Part shown: one piece after another, positions 36,525 to 46,895 of the stretch
Layout of the letters: each line of letters opens with the position of its first letter
Position numbering within the stretch: the stretch's first letter is position 1
NCBI GenBank assembly: GCA_016212935.1
Contig: JACRDE010000622.1
Span: forward strand, 1 to 51,081
From: Desulfomonile tiedjei
Lineage (GTDB): Bacteria > Desulfobacterota > Desulfomonilia > Desulfomonilales > Desulfomonilaceae
Length of the DNA: 51,081 nt
Direction of reading: 5' to 3'
Made by a program: the position numbers and the translations under genes
Notes under the pieces: generated by a model
The model's database searches: none
What the model saw: the letters and a program-made list of their open reading frames with translations, nothing else
Told to the model about the DNA's origin: nothing

Positions 36525-37176
36525 TACCGTTCGCGTCAAAATTTGCGGAATTACTCGGATCCAAGATGCAGGTGCAGCGGTTGCCGCTGGCGCCCATGCC
36601 CTGGGATTCGTGTTTTACGAACGAAGCCCAAGATACATCACCCCAGAGAGCGCTGGAGCCATAGTCAATACCCTGCCGCCATTCGTGACAAGCGTAGGGG
36701 TGTTCGTGAACGCCAGTCGTGAGCAAGTTGAAGAAATCGCCTCGATATCAGGCATTCAAGCAATCCAACTACACGGAGACGAAAAACCCGAGGACTGTCT
36801 GGGTTATTGCCGCCCCGTCATAAAGGCATTCCGCGTGAAGGCGATGTCAGACCTTTTGCTAATGAGCGAATTTCGCACCTCGGGGACCCTAATTGATGCC
36901 GCTATTCCAGGTCAATGGGGCGGTACCGGACAGGTTTTGGATTGGAATTCTGCCGCTGAATTCTTGGACCGAGACGACAAGGATCTGAGAAGGCGCTTGA
37001 TTTTGGCCGGAGGACTCAACCCGGAAAATATAGGTAACGCAATCCGAATCGTAAGGCCATTCGCTGTGGATGTTTCATCCGGGGTGGAGGATCAGCCCGG
37101 CATAAAAAACGATACAAAAATAAAGGAGCTTATGCATGCTGTGCACAACACGGTCAGCGCCGACGGTGCGGCCTGA
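36517..37176 (+). CDS. trpF: Phosphoribosylanthranilate isomerase
   Basis: 'VKICGIT', 'QLHGDE', 'LAGGLNPEN', 'DVSSGVE'. Confidence 0.95.
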   Translation: MADTVRVKICGITRIQDAGAAVAAGAHALGFVFYERSPRYITPESAGAIVNTLPPFVTSVGVFVNASREQVEEIASISGIQAIQLHGDEKPEDCLGYCRPVIKAFRVKAMSDLLLMSEFRTSGTLIDAAIPGQWGGTGQVLDWNSAAEFLDRDDKDLRRRLILAGGLNPENIGNAIRIVRPFAVDVSSGVEDQPGIKNDTKIKELMHAVHNTVSADGAA

Positions 37177-38350
37177 TTCTAAAGGATACTATGGAGAATT
37201 CGGCGGACGTTTTGTTCCGGAAATCCTTATAACGCCTCTGCTGGAATTGGAGGAGGCCTTTCTTGGAATATCCGACTCGCCGGAATTCATGAAGGAACTG
37301 GACTTATTGTTGGAAACTTACGCCGGCCGCGAGACGCCTCTGTTTTACGCAGCCCGATTTTCAGAAAAATTCGGCGGAGGGAAACTCTATCTCAAGAGAG
37401 AAGATTTGCTGCATACAGGTGCTCACAAAATAAACAACACGTTGGGGCAAGGGCTACTCGCACGACGCATGGGAAAGCGTAAAATCATTGCTGAAACAGG
37501 CGCAGGTCAGCACGGTGTGGCAACTGCAGCAGCCGCAGCTCTCATGGGGTTGGAATGCAAGGTCTTCATGGGCGAAGAGGACATTCGCAGGCAGGCCCCG
37601 AACGTTTTCCGCATGAAACTTATGGGCGCCGAAGTAATTCCCGTGTCTGCCGGAACCGCTACGCTCAAGGACGCCATGAGTGAGGCTATGCGCCACTGGG
37701 CCACTCATATAAGCGACACGTTCTACGTGATCGGTTCAGTTGCCGGACCTCATCCCTACCCGTTAATGGTGAAGCGATTCCAGGCCGTTATCGGGCATGA
37801 AACTCGTCGGCAGATACTCATAGCAGAGGGAAGGCTACCCGATAAAGTCATCGCGTGCGTTGGCGGAGGAAGCAATTCTGCGGGCATTTTCCACGCGTTT
37901 CTGGGCGACTCCGGGGTGGACCTGATCGGAGTGGAGGCCGGCGGCCTGGGAATTGACTCCGGTAAGCACGGAGCCACCCTCTGCGCAGGCGAGCCCGGCG
38001 TATTTCACGGCTCCAGGTCCTATGTGCTGCAGGACGAGCACGGCCAGATCAAGGAGGCTCACTCAATATCGGCAGGTCTGGATTATCCGGGAGTCGGACC
38101 GGAACACGCTTTCCTGGCCGCTACAGGAAGGGTCAATTACGTTCCTGTGAACGATGACGAAGCGCTGGAGGCCTTCTCAATCCTGTGCAAGACGGAAGGA
38201 ATAATCCCTGCGCTGGAATCTTCGCACGCTCTTGCCCAGGCCATGAAAGAGCTGCCTCGCATGGCTCCGGAGGATATTTGCATAGTCAATCTCTCCGGGA
38301 GAGGTGACAAGGACATGCCTATTATCGAAAAAGCACTGGCAGGAATATAG
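37136..38350 (+). CDS. trpB: Tryptophan synthase beta subunit
   Basis: '[11 protein letters not shown]', 'AETGAGQHG', 'GGGSN', 'NLSGRGDKD'. Confidence 0.97.
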   Translation: MLCTTRSAPTVRPDSKGYYGEFGGRFVPEILITPLLELEEAFLGISDSPEFMKELDLLLETYAGRETPLFYAARFSEKFGGGKLYLKREDLLHTGAHKINNTLGQGLLARRMGKRKIIAETGAGQHGVATAAAAALMGLECKVFMGEEDIRRQAPNVFRMKLMGAEVIPVSAGTATLKDAMSEAMRHWATHISDTFYVIGSVAGPHPYPLMVKRFQAVIGHETRRQILIAEGRLPDKVIACVGGGSNSAGIFHAFLGDSGVDLIGVEAGGLGIDSGKHGATLCAGEPGVFHGSRSYVLQDEHGQIKEAHSISAGLDYPGVGPEHAFLAATGRVNYVPVNDDEALEAFSILCKTEGIIPALESSHALAQAMKELPRMAPEDICIVNLSGRGDKDMPIIEKALAGI

Positions 38351-38351
38351 A

Positions 38352-39131
38352 ATGGAACAGATAGCAAACGCATTCAAGAGACTCAAGGAAGATGGTAAAG
38401 CAGCGTTCGTACCTTTTTCAGTGGCTGGATTTCCCAGTCGCGAACGGTCGCTGGAGGTTTTTCTAAAACTCGCGGAATTCGGCGACGTGCTGGAGTTCGG
38501 GTTCCCATTTTCGGACCCAATAGCCGACGGCCCGGTGATTCAACTAGCTGCAGGCGAAGCGATTCGCAACGGCCTTACCATGGATGTTGCATTCGAAATG
38601 ATAAGCGAAATCCGGGATCACAGCGATACTCCCATAGTCTTCTTCAGCTACTTCAACCCGATACATAAGTACGGAGCAGAAAGATTCGCGGAACGTGCCC
38701 ACGAATCCGGAGTCAACGGTGTGCTTGTGGTGGACTTGCCGCTGGAGGAGTCGAGTTGGTTGAAGCCTGCGACAGATGCTGCGGGCCTTGCATGGATCAA
38801 TCTGGCTACTCCCACCACTCCGGGACCGCGAATCGAACGCATGAACAGCGACGGCTCGGGATTTCTGTACTATGTTTCAAGAACCGGAGTAACCGGCGCA
38901 GATGGGGGGCTCCCCCCGGATCTGGCCCTGAAGTGCGAGAGGCTAAGGCAGGTCTCGCGTTTTCCGGTTGCGGTGGGTTTCGGCATCTCCACCCCGGCAG
39001 ATGCAAGGGCTCTGAAAGAGCACGTGGACGGAATAGTCGTGGGAAGCGCAATACTGTCTCTGATCCAAAAGGGTTGTTCTTCTGATGAGCTGGATCAGTG
39101 GCTAGACAACATGGCTGAAGCAGTGCATTGA
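38352..39131 (+). CDS. trpA: Tryptophan synthase alpha subunit
   Basis: 'EFGFPFSDPIADGPVIQ', 'GVTG', 'VGFGIS', 'VVGSA'. Confidence 0.96.
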   Translation: MEQIANAFKRLKEDGKAAFVPFSVAGFPSRERSLEVFLKLAEFGDVLEFGFPFSDPIADGPVIQLAAGEAIRNGLTMDVAFEMISEIRDHSDTPIVFFSYFNPIHKYGAERFAERAHESGVNGVLVVDLPLEESSWLKPATDAAGLAWINLATPTTPGPRIERMNSDGSGFLYYVSRTGVTGADGGLPPDLALKCERLRQVSRFPVAVGFGISTPADARALKEHVDGIVVGSAILSLIQKGCSSDELDQWLDNMAEAVH

Positions 39132-39143
39132 TTTGCGCTCTGT

Positions 39144-39318
39144 TTCGCTCGCTTCTTCGCTTCCAAAACAAGCGGAGAGGCAGGCGAATCAAACTATTGG
39201 GTTGAAGTCCGGGAGTATTGTCGGAGCTCAGAGAAAAGCATCAGGATAATCTGTCGCTATTTGGGTGAGGGAAGGGTTTTCTGGCATTTTTGCGAGTCTC
39301 AGAAACCCTTTCTTTTTT
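39144..39318. terminator. Hairpins between convergent trpA and acyltransferase genes
   Basis: Stem at 39144-39188 and AAGGGTTT...AAACCCTT followed by TCTTTTTT (39272-39318). Confidence 0.45.
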
Positions 39319-40496
39319 CACACCGAGTGTGCCCTTTTGCTAAAAGCCTTGCCAAGACGAATTGCTGGAATTTCAATGTAATTCCAAGTCAACCACGACA
39401 GAGCAGCGGAAAGTGCGATCACGGAGCAAGACGTGGCGACAAAACTAAGGAAAGGACTCTCGTAAGTAATTTCGGCGCACGCGAGATCTCTGAGTGCGGT
39501 CAAGGTGGAGATCACAAACCAGTGCCATATGTAACAACTGTAGCTCAACTGACCAAGTTTCTCGGTGAAAACATTCACAAAAAACCGCATCGGGTTGCAT
39601 GCTAAACCGGCTGCAAGCCCGGCAAACGCGATCCCGATGGTCCAGTGGCGTGGAAAAAGCCAAACCCTGCCACCACTCGCTAGGAAAACCAATAAAGACA
39701 GCGAAACTGAAATTAGCATGACCCCCAGGAAAGAAGCATTAGCGAAAGACCGATCTGAGAGCCATCTGTAAAACTGAAAGAGAATAATCCCGAGGCAGAA
39801 AAAAGGCAACTGCGCGGGGAACCACATATAGAGGTAATTTTGCCAGAGGTAGACCGGGCTAATGGGCTGAATACCTTTTAGAATTAGATATGCGGAGGCG
39901 GCCGCGACCATTGACAAAGCTGTCAGCACGCAGGCCCGCCACATCGTTGACGCATGCACAAACAAGAATGGAAAAACAGCATAGAATGTGAACTCAACTG
40001 TAATCGTCCATCCTCCAGGCACTAAGCTGTTGATCCAAAATGGATTGAATCCGTGGAAGAAAATGAGGTTCGCAAATACATGTGCTGCTGAAACTCTTTC
40101 AGATCCCCCCGACCACCACAAGTACTTTTCAACGATCGGGCTCCAGATGCCATCTTTGGAGGAGAATATATATATAACCAAACAGATTACGATGGCCACG
40201 TAATACATAGGAGCGATTCTCAAAAATCGTCTGATAAAGAAAGGTCGCCACGAACCATTATCTTTGTGTAAATAGTACGTGACCCAGCAAAGCGTGAAGG
40301 CACTCACTAAATAGAAAAGTTGAACACCGAATGCTCCGAATGCTAAATACTCGCGGCCCGGCCATATTCCCGGCACAGTCTGGGCACAGTGCACCGCCAT
40401 GACCCCCAGTATCGCCCATCCCCGAAGCGCATCGACAAAAGCGAGTCGGTGCGTTTGCATCTCAGGCCGCTTCATTTGCTCAAGTTGTTCTCCCAA
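39318..40496 (-). CDS. Acyltransferase family 3 (OafA/YrhL-like O-acyltransferase)
   Basis: 'DALRGWAILGVMAVH', 'GVQLFYLVSAF', 'RRFLRIAP', 'WTITVEFTFY', 'SYSCYIWH'; start uncertain. Confidence 0.9.
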   Translation of the reverse strand: MGEQLEQMKRPEMQTHRLAFVDALRGWAILGVMAVHCAQTVPGIWPGREYLAFGAFGVQLFYLVSAFTLCWVTYYLHKDNGSWRPFFIRRFLRIAPMYYVAIVICLVIYIFSSKDGIWSPIVEKYLWWSGGSERVSAAHVFANLIFFHGFNPFWINSLVPGGWTITVEFTFYAVFPFLFVHASTMWRACVLTALSMVAAASAYLILKGIQPISPVYLWQNYLYMWFPAQLPFFCLGIILFQFYRWLSDRSFANASFLGVMLISVSLSLLVFLASGGRVWLFPRHWTIGIAFAGLAAGLACNPMRFFVNVFTEKLGQLSYSCYIWHWFVISTLTALRDLACAEITYESPFLSFVATSCSVIALSAALSWLTWNYIEIPAIRLGKAFSKRAHSV

Positions 40497-40515
40497 CGCT
40501 CCCTATACCTTCTTT

Positions 40516-41967
40516 CTAACCTTTCACTACTCCCATGGGGTGTATTTTCGCCACTTTCCTTGCAAGTCCGGCCCGTTGGACCACGTCAACAACCAGGCTC
40601 ACGTCCTTGTATGCTTCGGGGAATTCTTCCCGCAGGGTTTTTCTTCCGACCCATCGCGGGTAAACGTTCTCATCCTGGAGTTCGCGCTCGATGGATCTGC
40701 CCTTTGTTTGTCTCAGAGCCTCGTGCCTGGAGAGGATGCGGCCCGCTCCATGACACGCGGAACCAAAAGTTTCCTTCATCGCGCCTTCTTCACCTGCCAG
40801 AACGTATGACGCCCGTCCCATATCTCCAGGTATCAGAACCGGTTGGCCTGTGTGTCTGTAAATGGCTGGAAGCGCGGGGTGATTCGCGGGAAATGAGCGA
40901 GTCGCTCCTTTTCTATGGACAATGACTTTTTTTTGTTTGCCGTTCACATCGTGAGTCTCAAATTTGGCGATGTTGTGGCAGACGTCGTATAGCAACCGGA
41001 ATTTCAATTCTCGGGGGGAGATTCCAATGGCTTCTTCCCAAGTCGTTTTTGCCAGGTGCATCAATATCTGCCTATTGGCAAATGCAAAGTTTGCAGCGCA
41101 GGCCATAGCAGCCAAATACTCTCTGGCCAGGGACGTGTTCAGGCGGGTACACGCAAGCTGCCTGTCCGGGAGCTCGATTCTCTCTTCTCTTACCGATTTG
41201 ACCATGCGAGCCAGGAACTCATCACATACCTGGTAGCCGAATCCCCTGGAACCGCTGTGAACCATGACCGTGACCTGGCCCTTGAATATGCCCCATTCTG
41301 CCGCAGTCTTTTCGTCAAAGATCTGCTCGATGAAACCGATTTCAAGAAAATGGTTTCCAGATCCGAGTGTCCCTAACTGGTCCTTGCCTCTCTCGAACGC
41401 GCGGTCACTCACTACTGAGGGGTCTGCTCCGTCCAGCGCCCCTCGTTCTTCGATGCGTTCCAAGTCCGATTCTTCACCCATTCCCTGTCGCACGGCCCAA
41501 GCGGCCCCCAGCTTCAGCATTTTAGACATTTCGTTCTTGTTCAAATGGATTCCACCCCTTGATCCCAGACCGCTTGGAATCTTTACGAAAAGGAAGTCGA
41601 TGACTTTTCGGATTCTTGGGAAAATTGTCTCCCTGTCCATTCCGGTCAGGGCCAATCGTACCCCGCAATTTATGTCATACCCGACTCCGCCCGGAGAGAC
41701 TACACCTTCTTCCAAATCAAAAGCCGCTACACCCCCAATCGGAAAGCCGTACCCCCAATGCACGTCCGGCATGGCCAGCGAATGCCCTATTATGCCCGGC
41801 AGGTGAGCGACGTTGTAAACCTGCTCGGCACTCTGATCCTTTTCAATATCCGGCAGTGTGGTTGTATCCGTGTATATCAGGCCCGGGACACGCATTCCGC
41901 CGGTCCTGGGGATTTTCCACCGAACTTCGTCGACCTGTACTAATTTGAAGGGCCTATCTGATGGCAT
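40516..41967 (-). CDS. rtcB: RtcB RNA ligase (archaeal/eukaryote-like long form)
   Basis: 'MPDVHWGYGFPIGG', 'GYDINCG', 'GSGNHFLE', 'HSGSRG', 'HRKGATR', 'SACHGAGR'. Confidence 0.95.
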   Translation of the reverse strand: MPSDRPFKLVQVDEVRWKIPRTGGMRVPGLIYTDTTTLPDIEKDQSAEQVYNVAHLPGIIGHSLAMPDVHWGYGFPIGGVAAFDLEEGVVSPGGVGYDINCGVRLALTGMDRETIFPRIRKVIDFLFVKIPSGLGSRGGIHLNKNEMSKMLKLGAAWAVRQGMGEESDLERIEERGALDGADPSVVSDRAFERGKDQLGTLGSGNHFLEIGFIEQIFDEKTAAEWGIFKGQVTVMVHSGSRGFGYQVCDEFLARMVKSVREERIELPDRQLACTRLNTSLAREYLAAMACAANFAFANRQILMHLAKTTWEEAIGISPRELKFRLLYDVCHNIAKFETHDVNGKQKKVIVHRKGATRSFPANHPALPAIYRHTGQPVLIPGDMGRASYVLAGEEGAMKETFGSACHGAGRILSRHEALRQTKGRSIERELQDENVYPRWVGRKTLREEFPEAYKDVSLVVDVVQRAGLARKVAKIHPMGVVKG

Positions 41968-42158
41968 GTCACCGCTCCTGCTTTCACATCATGGGGCAAG
42001 CGGACCGACTACAGCGCGTGCCAAAAGTCCTCTCTCAATCGAGAACCCGCCACCTCTTTTTCAGATGGGGCGCAAAACGCAGGACACTCGCTCCACGTCC
42101 TTACATTAAGGCATACGACTAGAATTGAAAAGGCAAAGGGAGAGGCGCACCCGTAGCT

Positions 42159-43178
42159 TCAGCAGGGCCCAGACGAGCTTTTGACATATCCAACAGCAAG
42201 AAAAACCAGAACCATGAACGCCGCAAAAGCTCCGACCCACGGAAGTTCCGAAGAATGATAGGAGTACAAGGAAACCGCGTACAAAGACGCAAAAACCTCC
42301 AGGTAAAAGACCCTCCTGAAAGCGGGACTTGAAAATAAGGGCTTTGCAGGAACCCGTTCTCTGATTCCTGGCCATATGAACCGATCCAAAGTGATGAACA
42401 TTAGAGTGGCGCACATCATTCCGCCCAACACGTCCGCGGGAAAATGGGCGCCCACGAATATCCGTGACACACCTATCAACACAGCTATCAGAATCGCTCC
42501 GGCTGATGCGCCTCTGGTGGAGCTGAACTTCGCGAGCGTGAGGCCAGCGGACATTGCCGCGGCCGAATGACCTGAAGGAAAAGATCCGCTCCTCAAAATG
42601 GGCCCTACCACATGCACGGTGTCTAAAACTACAACCGGCCTGAAGACCGGAAAGCATATCTTAATTATGTGGATCAAAAGGGAGGACAATAACAGCAGCA
42701 TTATCCCGAACAGCGCCACCCTGGGGTTGACCAATAGAAAGGCCCCAAGGAAAATCACCAACAAAAAACCGTCGCCCAGAGTTGTGAAAGCCAACCATAA
42801 CATGTCAGTTTCAGGGGTGTGCAGTCCATTGATGATAATGAACAGTGGGTGATTGAACCACATAACCGGACCCAACGCCAAGCCCATCAGCAGGAAAGCT
42901 CCGGCAGCGAAGAAAAAACCCCTTGAATGCTCGTCGTCATACCAATTTGCTTTCAAATCAATAAGATTGGGGGAACCTTCTTTGGCAAAGAAGGTTCCCC
43001 CAGACCCCTTCCAAGAAACTCCAACACTGGCCGGAATCCATATTTCTCGCTGAGAAATGTGGATTCCGGCGAATGCTAGAAGTTCTTGAGGTGGGGTTCG
43101 GGGAGGAACTTCTTTCAAGAAGGTCCTCCCCGATTCTTCCCTGTTTGAACGCGAACCGATATCAGATATCGAAAACAA
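42159..43178 (-). CDS. PAP2-family membrane phosphatase; N-terminus carries an in-frame MITE insertion (start uncertain)
   Basis: K-x6-RP 'KICFPVFRP', 'SFPSGH', 'SRIFVGAHFPAD'. Confidence 0.85.
   Translation of the reverse strand: MFSISDIGSRSNREESGRTFLKEVPPRTPPQELLAFAGIHISQREIWIPASVGVSWKGSGGTFFAKEGSPNLIDLKANWYDDEHSRGFFFAAGAFLLMGLALGPVMWFNHPLFIIINGLHTPETDMLWLAFTTLGDGFLLVIFLGAFLLVNPRVALFGIMLLLLSSLLIHIIKICFPVFRPVVVLDTVHVVGPILRSGSFPSGHSAAAMSAGLTLAKFSSTRGASAGAILIAVLIGVSRIFVGAHFPADVLGGMMCATLMFITLDRFIWPGIRERVPAKPLFSSPAFRRVFYLEVFASLYAVSLYSYHSSELPWVGAFAAFMVLVFLAVGYVKSSSGPC
42940..43161. mobile_element. Full-length 222-bp palindromic MITE with 3-bp TCA direct repeats
   Basis: TCA|TACCAATTTGCTTTCAAA ... 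TTTGAACGCGAACCGATA|TCA; three internal hairpins; no transposase. Confidence 0.8.
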
Positions 43179-43587
43179 CTTTTGCGGAATATCCCCAATC
43201 CTGAGCTTGCACGGTCAGCCCGTGGTACGTGACTCCCTTGATCTCAACTTCGGGCTGGCAATTCTCAGGTGGCGGGCCATATACCAGTTTTCCTGTCAGT
43301 TGTTTCTCTGTTACTTCTAAAATCTCCACGCGTGCTAAAACGAGCCCCGCGGTCTGATACTGGAACACAATTTCACGAAGCCAGCCTACGAGAAGTTCCT
43401 CAGTGGTATCTTCCCGGAGAGAAATGGCCGACTCTGTTTGCGGGGCAACCGATGTACCAGGAAGCAGTATGTCCATAAGTCCGAGGGCCGCATTTTCGAA
43501 AAGCTCAGCCAGTGTGTGCCCGCGGACCTCCATTCTGATGTCCGCTGTATGGTCCAGAAGTGTCCATCCTGACTCAGGACTCTTCAT
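43162..43587 (-). CDS. Archease (RtcB cofactor)
   Basis: 'DHTAD', 'LFENAA', 'EIKGVTYH', C-terminal 'VFDI'; overlaps gyrA 3' end; start could be 43587-43608. Confidence 0.92.
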   Translation of the reverse strand: MKSPESGWTLLDHTADIRMEVRGHTLAELFENAALGLMDILLPGTSVAPQTESAISLREDTTEELLVGWLREIVFQYQTAGLVLARVEILEVTEKQLTGKLVYGPPPENCQPEVEIKGVTYHGLTVQAQDWGYSAKVVFDI

Positions 43588-46120
43588 CGGATTCTTCATC
43601 CGTTTCAAGAGCTTCTTCGGAATCGTCGAGATCGGTCTCCATTTCCATTTCAGACGCTATCTCAGAGTCTATCTCATCGGGGTCTTTATCCTCGTCTTCA
43701 GAGGTCTCGGCTCGCGCAACGTCCACAACGTGCTCGCCTTGGTCCATTCTGACCAGAGTTCTGCCCATAGTGTTTCGACCGATTACAGATATTTGCTCCA
43801 TGCGGAGCCTTATTATTCTGCCTCCGGAAGTCAGAATCAGCAGATGGTCCGAATCTCCCACAACTTGGATTCCCACCACGTCACCGAGTTTTGCGGTGTT
43901 CTTGATAGTTATAACGCCTAAGCCGCCCCGGTGCTTCGGTGGGTATTCTTTCAGCGAGGTCCGTTTCCCGAATCCGCTGCGAGTTATCGTAAGGAGAGTG
44001 CCAGTGTCATCGGAAATCACCTCCATGCCCATGACAACATCGTCGCGCTTCAGCCTTATTCCAGTGACCCCTCTTGCCTGCCTGCCCATGGCTCTCACTT
44101 GGCTTTCGTGGAATCGTGTGGCCAGCCCTTTGGTTGTAGCTAAGAGAATGTGGTTTTCGCCAGTTGTGAAATTTACGTCTATCAGCTCATCGTCCGGGTC
44201 TATTGTCAGCGCGATCAGCCCGGATAGTCTGGGTCTTGAAAACTCCGCTATCAAGGTTTTCTTGACTTTTCCCTTCTTGGAGACCATCACTACGTAACCG
44301 TCGGTGCTGAGTTCCTGGACCGGAAGTATTTTTCGTATCTTTTCCCCTTCATCAAGCCTCAGCAGATTGATAATAGCCTTGCCCCTCGCGTAAGGGGATT
44401 CTTCCGGAAGCTGAAACACTCTCATCCAGTGGACCCGGCCCCGGTTGGAAAAACAGAGAAGCACGTCGTGGGAAGAAGCATAGAGTATCTGATTCACCAC
44501 GTCGTCCCCTGCCACCTTTGTGCCGATTCGCCCTTTTCCTCCGGGCCGCTGTGTCTTATAAAGGTTCGCAGGAACCCTCTTCACGTATCCCTTGCTTGAG
44601 AAGGTGACGACCATGTCGCCCCTGGGGATCAGGTCCTCGTCCAGCATATCCGAGTGATCTTCTACTATTTCCGAGCGCCGAGCGTCACCGAATTGCTCCT
44701 TGACCTGTTTCAGCTCGGTGACGATGATATCCATTATTTTCTGTTCGGACGCGAGTATTCCTTCGAGTTCCGCCATCTTGGCGAGCACCTCTTGGAGTTC
44801 CTGAAGGATTTTGTCACGCTCAAGACCGGTGAGCCTCTGGAGCCGCATGTCCAGGATCGCCTGGGCTTGCAAGGCACTGAGGCTGAATTCGTCCATGAGC
44901 GCTTGCTTGGCAGTGGCAGGATTCTCGGACCCGCGGATGACGGCAATCACCCGATCCAGGTTATCCAGAGCGATTCTAAGGCCTTCCAGTATGTGGGCCC
45001 GTTCACGGGCTCTGGCCAGTTCGTACCTGGTCCTACGAATGACCACTTCCCGCCTGAAATCGATGAAGCCTTGGAGCACCTCTTTGAGATTCATCTGCCG
45101 TGGTCGGCCGTTGTCCACACACAGAAGCTGTATCCCGAAATTGGTTTGAAGCTGAGTGTATCTGAAGAGCTGATTCAGAACCACTTCGGGGGTCTCGTCC
45201 TTTTTTAGCTCGAAGACTACTCGGATTCCTTGCCGATTGGATTCGTCTCTAATGTCCCGAATACCTGTAATTCTCTTGTCTTTTACCAGATCCGCGACAT
45301 TTTCCACCATGCGGGCTTTGTTGACAAGGTATGGAATCTCTGTGACCACGATCCTTTGATAGCCCTTGCCGGCGTCTTCAATTTCGGTCCTGGCCCGCAT
45401 GCGGACTGAACCTCTGCCTGTGGTGTACGCATCAATTGCCCCTCGCGTCCCTAGAATGAAGCCGGCGGTCGGAAAATCCGGAGCAGGTATGAACTGCATG
45501 AGTTCGCGGATGCTTGCATCCGGTTGGTTGATCAGGTGTATCGTCGCATCTATGGTTTCACCGAGGTTATGAGGAGGAATGTTGGTTGCCATTCCCACGG
45601 CTATGCCCTGGGAGCCTATCACAAGCAGCACCGGAAATCTTGCCGGCAGGACAAGCGGTTCTTGTTGGGTGTTGTCGTAATTCGGAGCGAAGTCCACGGT
45701 TTCTTTGTCCAGGTCTTCCAGGAGAGCCTGACAGATGCGATGCATGCGAACTTCAGTGTACCGCATGGCCGCAGCGGAGTCTCCGTCCACACTGCCGAAG
45801 TTTCCTTGTCCGTCCACAAAAAGGTAACGCATTGAGAACGGTTGAGCCATCCGCACGATGGAATCGTAAACTGCAACATCGCCATGGGGGTGATATTGAC
45901 CGATGACATCACCGACAGCCCTGGCAGCCTTTCGATAGCCGCGATTCCAAAGATTTCCGGCTCTGAACATTGCGTAGAGGATTCTACGGTGAACCGGTTT
46001 CAATCCGTCCCGCAGCTCGGGCAAAGCTCGGCCTACAATTACGCTCATGGCGTAATCCAGGTACGACTTCTGGATTTCCTCTTCAATTCCTACTGTAGTT
46101 CTGTCATGAAGAACAGCCAA
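43574..46120 (-). CDS. gyrA: DNA gyrase subunit A
   Basis: '[10 protein letters not shown]', 'YHPHGD', catalytic 'AAMRYTE', GyrA-box-like QRPGGKG, beta-pinwheel repeats, acidic tail. Confidence 0.93.
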   Translation of the reverse strand: MAVLHDRTTVGIEEEIQKSYLDYAMSVIVGRALPELRDGLKPVHRRILYAMFRAGNLWNRGYRKAARAVGDVIGQYHPHGDVAVYDSIVRMAQPFSMRYLFVDGQGNFGSVDGDSAAAMRYTEVRMHRICQALLEDLDKETVDFAPNYDNTQQEPLVLPARFPVLLVIGSQGIAVGMATNIPPHNLGETIDATIHLINQPDASIRELMQFIPAPDFPTAGFILGTRGAIDAYTTGRGSVRMRARTEIEDAGKGYQRIVVTEIPYLVNKARMVENVADLVKDKRITGIRDIRDESNRQGIRVVFELKKDETPEVVLNQLFRYTQLQTNFGIQLLCVDNGRPRQMNLKEVLQGFIDFRREVVIRRTRYELARARERAHILEGLRIALDNLDRVIAVIRGSENPATAKQALMDEFSLSALQAQAILDMRLQRLTGLERDKILQELQEVLAKMAELEGILASEQKIMDIIVTELKQVKEQFGDARRSEIVEDHSDMLDEDLIPRGDMVVTFSSKGYVKRVPANLYKTQRPGGKGRIGTKVAGDDVVNQILYASSHDVLLCFSNRGRVHWMRVFQLPEESPYARGKAIINLLRLDEGEKIRKILPVQELSTDGYVVMVSKKGKVKKTLIAEFSRPRLSGLIALTIDPDDELIDVNFTTGENHILLATTKGLATRFHESQVRAMGRQARGVTGIRLKRDDVVMGMEVISDDTGTLLTITRSGFGKRTSLKEYPPKHRGGLGVITIKNTAKLGDVVGIQVVGDSDHLLILTSGGRIIRLRMEQISVIGRNTMGRTLVRMDQGEHVVDVARAETSEDEDKDPDEIDSEIASEMEMETDLDDSEEALETDEESDEES

Positions 46121-46388
46121 ATGCGTTACCTCTTGGGTTCAAGACATCCATAAGAAACGGGGGGCCCTCTGTGTGGAATAAGCTTGCCCGTCCCAAACTC
46201 GGTTCCCAAAGAATTACATAACCACTCTTTTTACCACTTTTCCGAGACCATTTTCAAGGGTTGCGCCGAGTGGGGGAGGAAAGCATGATTGTCCCCCCTT
46301 GCTGAAGATAATGTCAAAATATTTTGAAGGGCTTACGACAATATAAGAAAATAGGCAACCGCTTTTTCGAGGCACCCTGGCGTGCCCC

Positions 46389-46727
46389 TCAGTCGGGCAT
46401 CCCCGCATTGATCCATTCTGAGATCTCTTTGATTTCGTTAGGGGAAAGATACGGCCCGCCAGAAGGCATTCTTCTGTACCCGCCTATAGGGCCTCTCAGT
46501 ATCCTTACGAGATTGGTCTCCTCGGCCTTGCCGTTTCCCACCTTGGCAGGATCTATGAGCTGCTTTTCGTACGGACTGCTAGAGGCTAGCTCTTCTTTGG
46601 TCTCCCAACCGATGTGTCCGTCATGAGCGCCCCTCATTCTGGGGTCGCGGCCGTTTTCGGCCTTCCATCTTTCCAGGGCGCTATCCAAAAGCTCTTTTAC
46701 CCTGGGCCACCGGATTGCATTATCCAT
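46389..46727 (-). CDS. Hypothetical protein with cytochrome-c-like C-terminal motif but no CxxCH
   Basis: GAGGTG RBS; ends 'RMPSGGPYLSPNEIKEISEWINAGMP'. Confidence 0.7.
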   Translation of the reverse strand: MDNAIRWPRVKELLDSALERWKAENGRDPRMRGAHDGHIGWETKEELASSSPYEKQLIDPAKVGNGKAEETNLVRILRGPIGGYRRMPSGGPYLSPNEIKEISEWINAGMPD

Positions 46728-46895
46728 GGCAATCACCTCAATTCAAATAAGCCAACGTCGAATGGAACCTTATTTTATATTGGGCATGATTGCGAAAGCT
46801 GCCAGCCCAAACGCACCGCTCTCACGAAGGAGACCCTATGTCGCTGAGCTATCGGCCAAATAGCCCCCCTGTCAAACAGCTTTTGAATGAGCCTG

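Noticed and set aside
43403-44297. Long plus-strand ORFs (43403..43921, 43560..44297) with Ser-rich text
   Set aside because: Antisense shadows of gyrA and its acidic tail; no motifs
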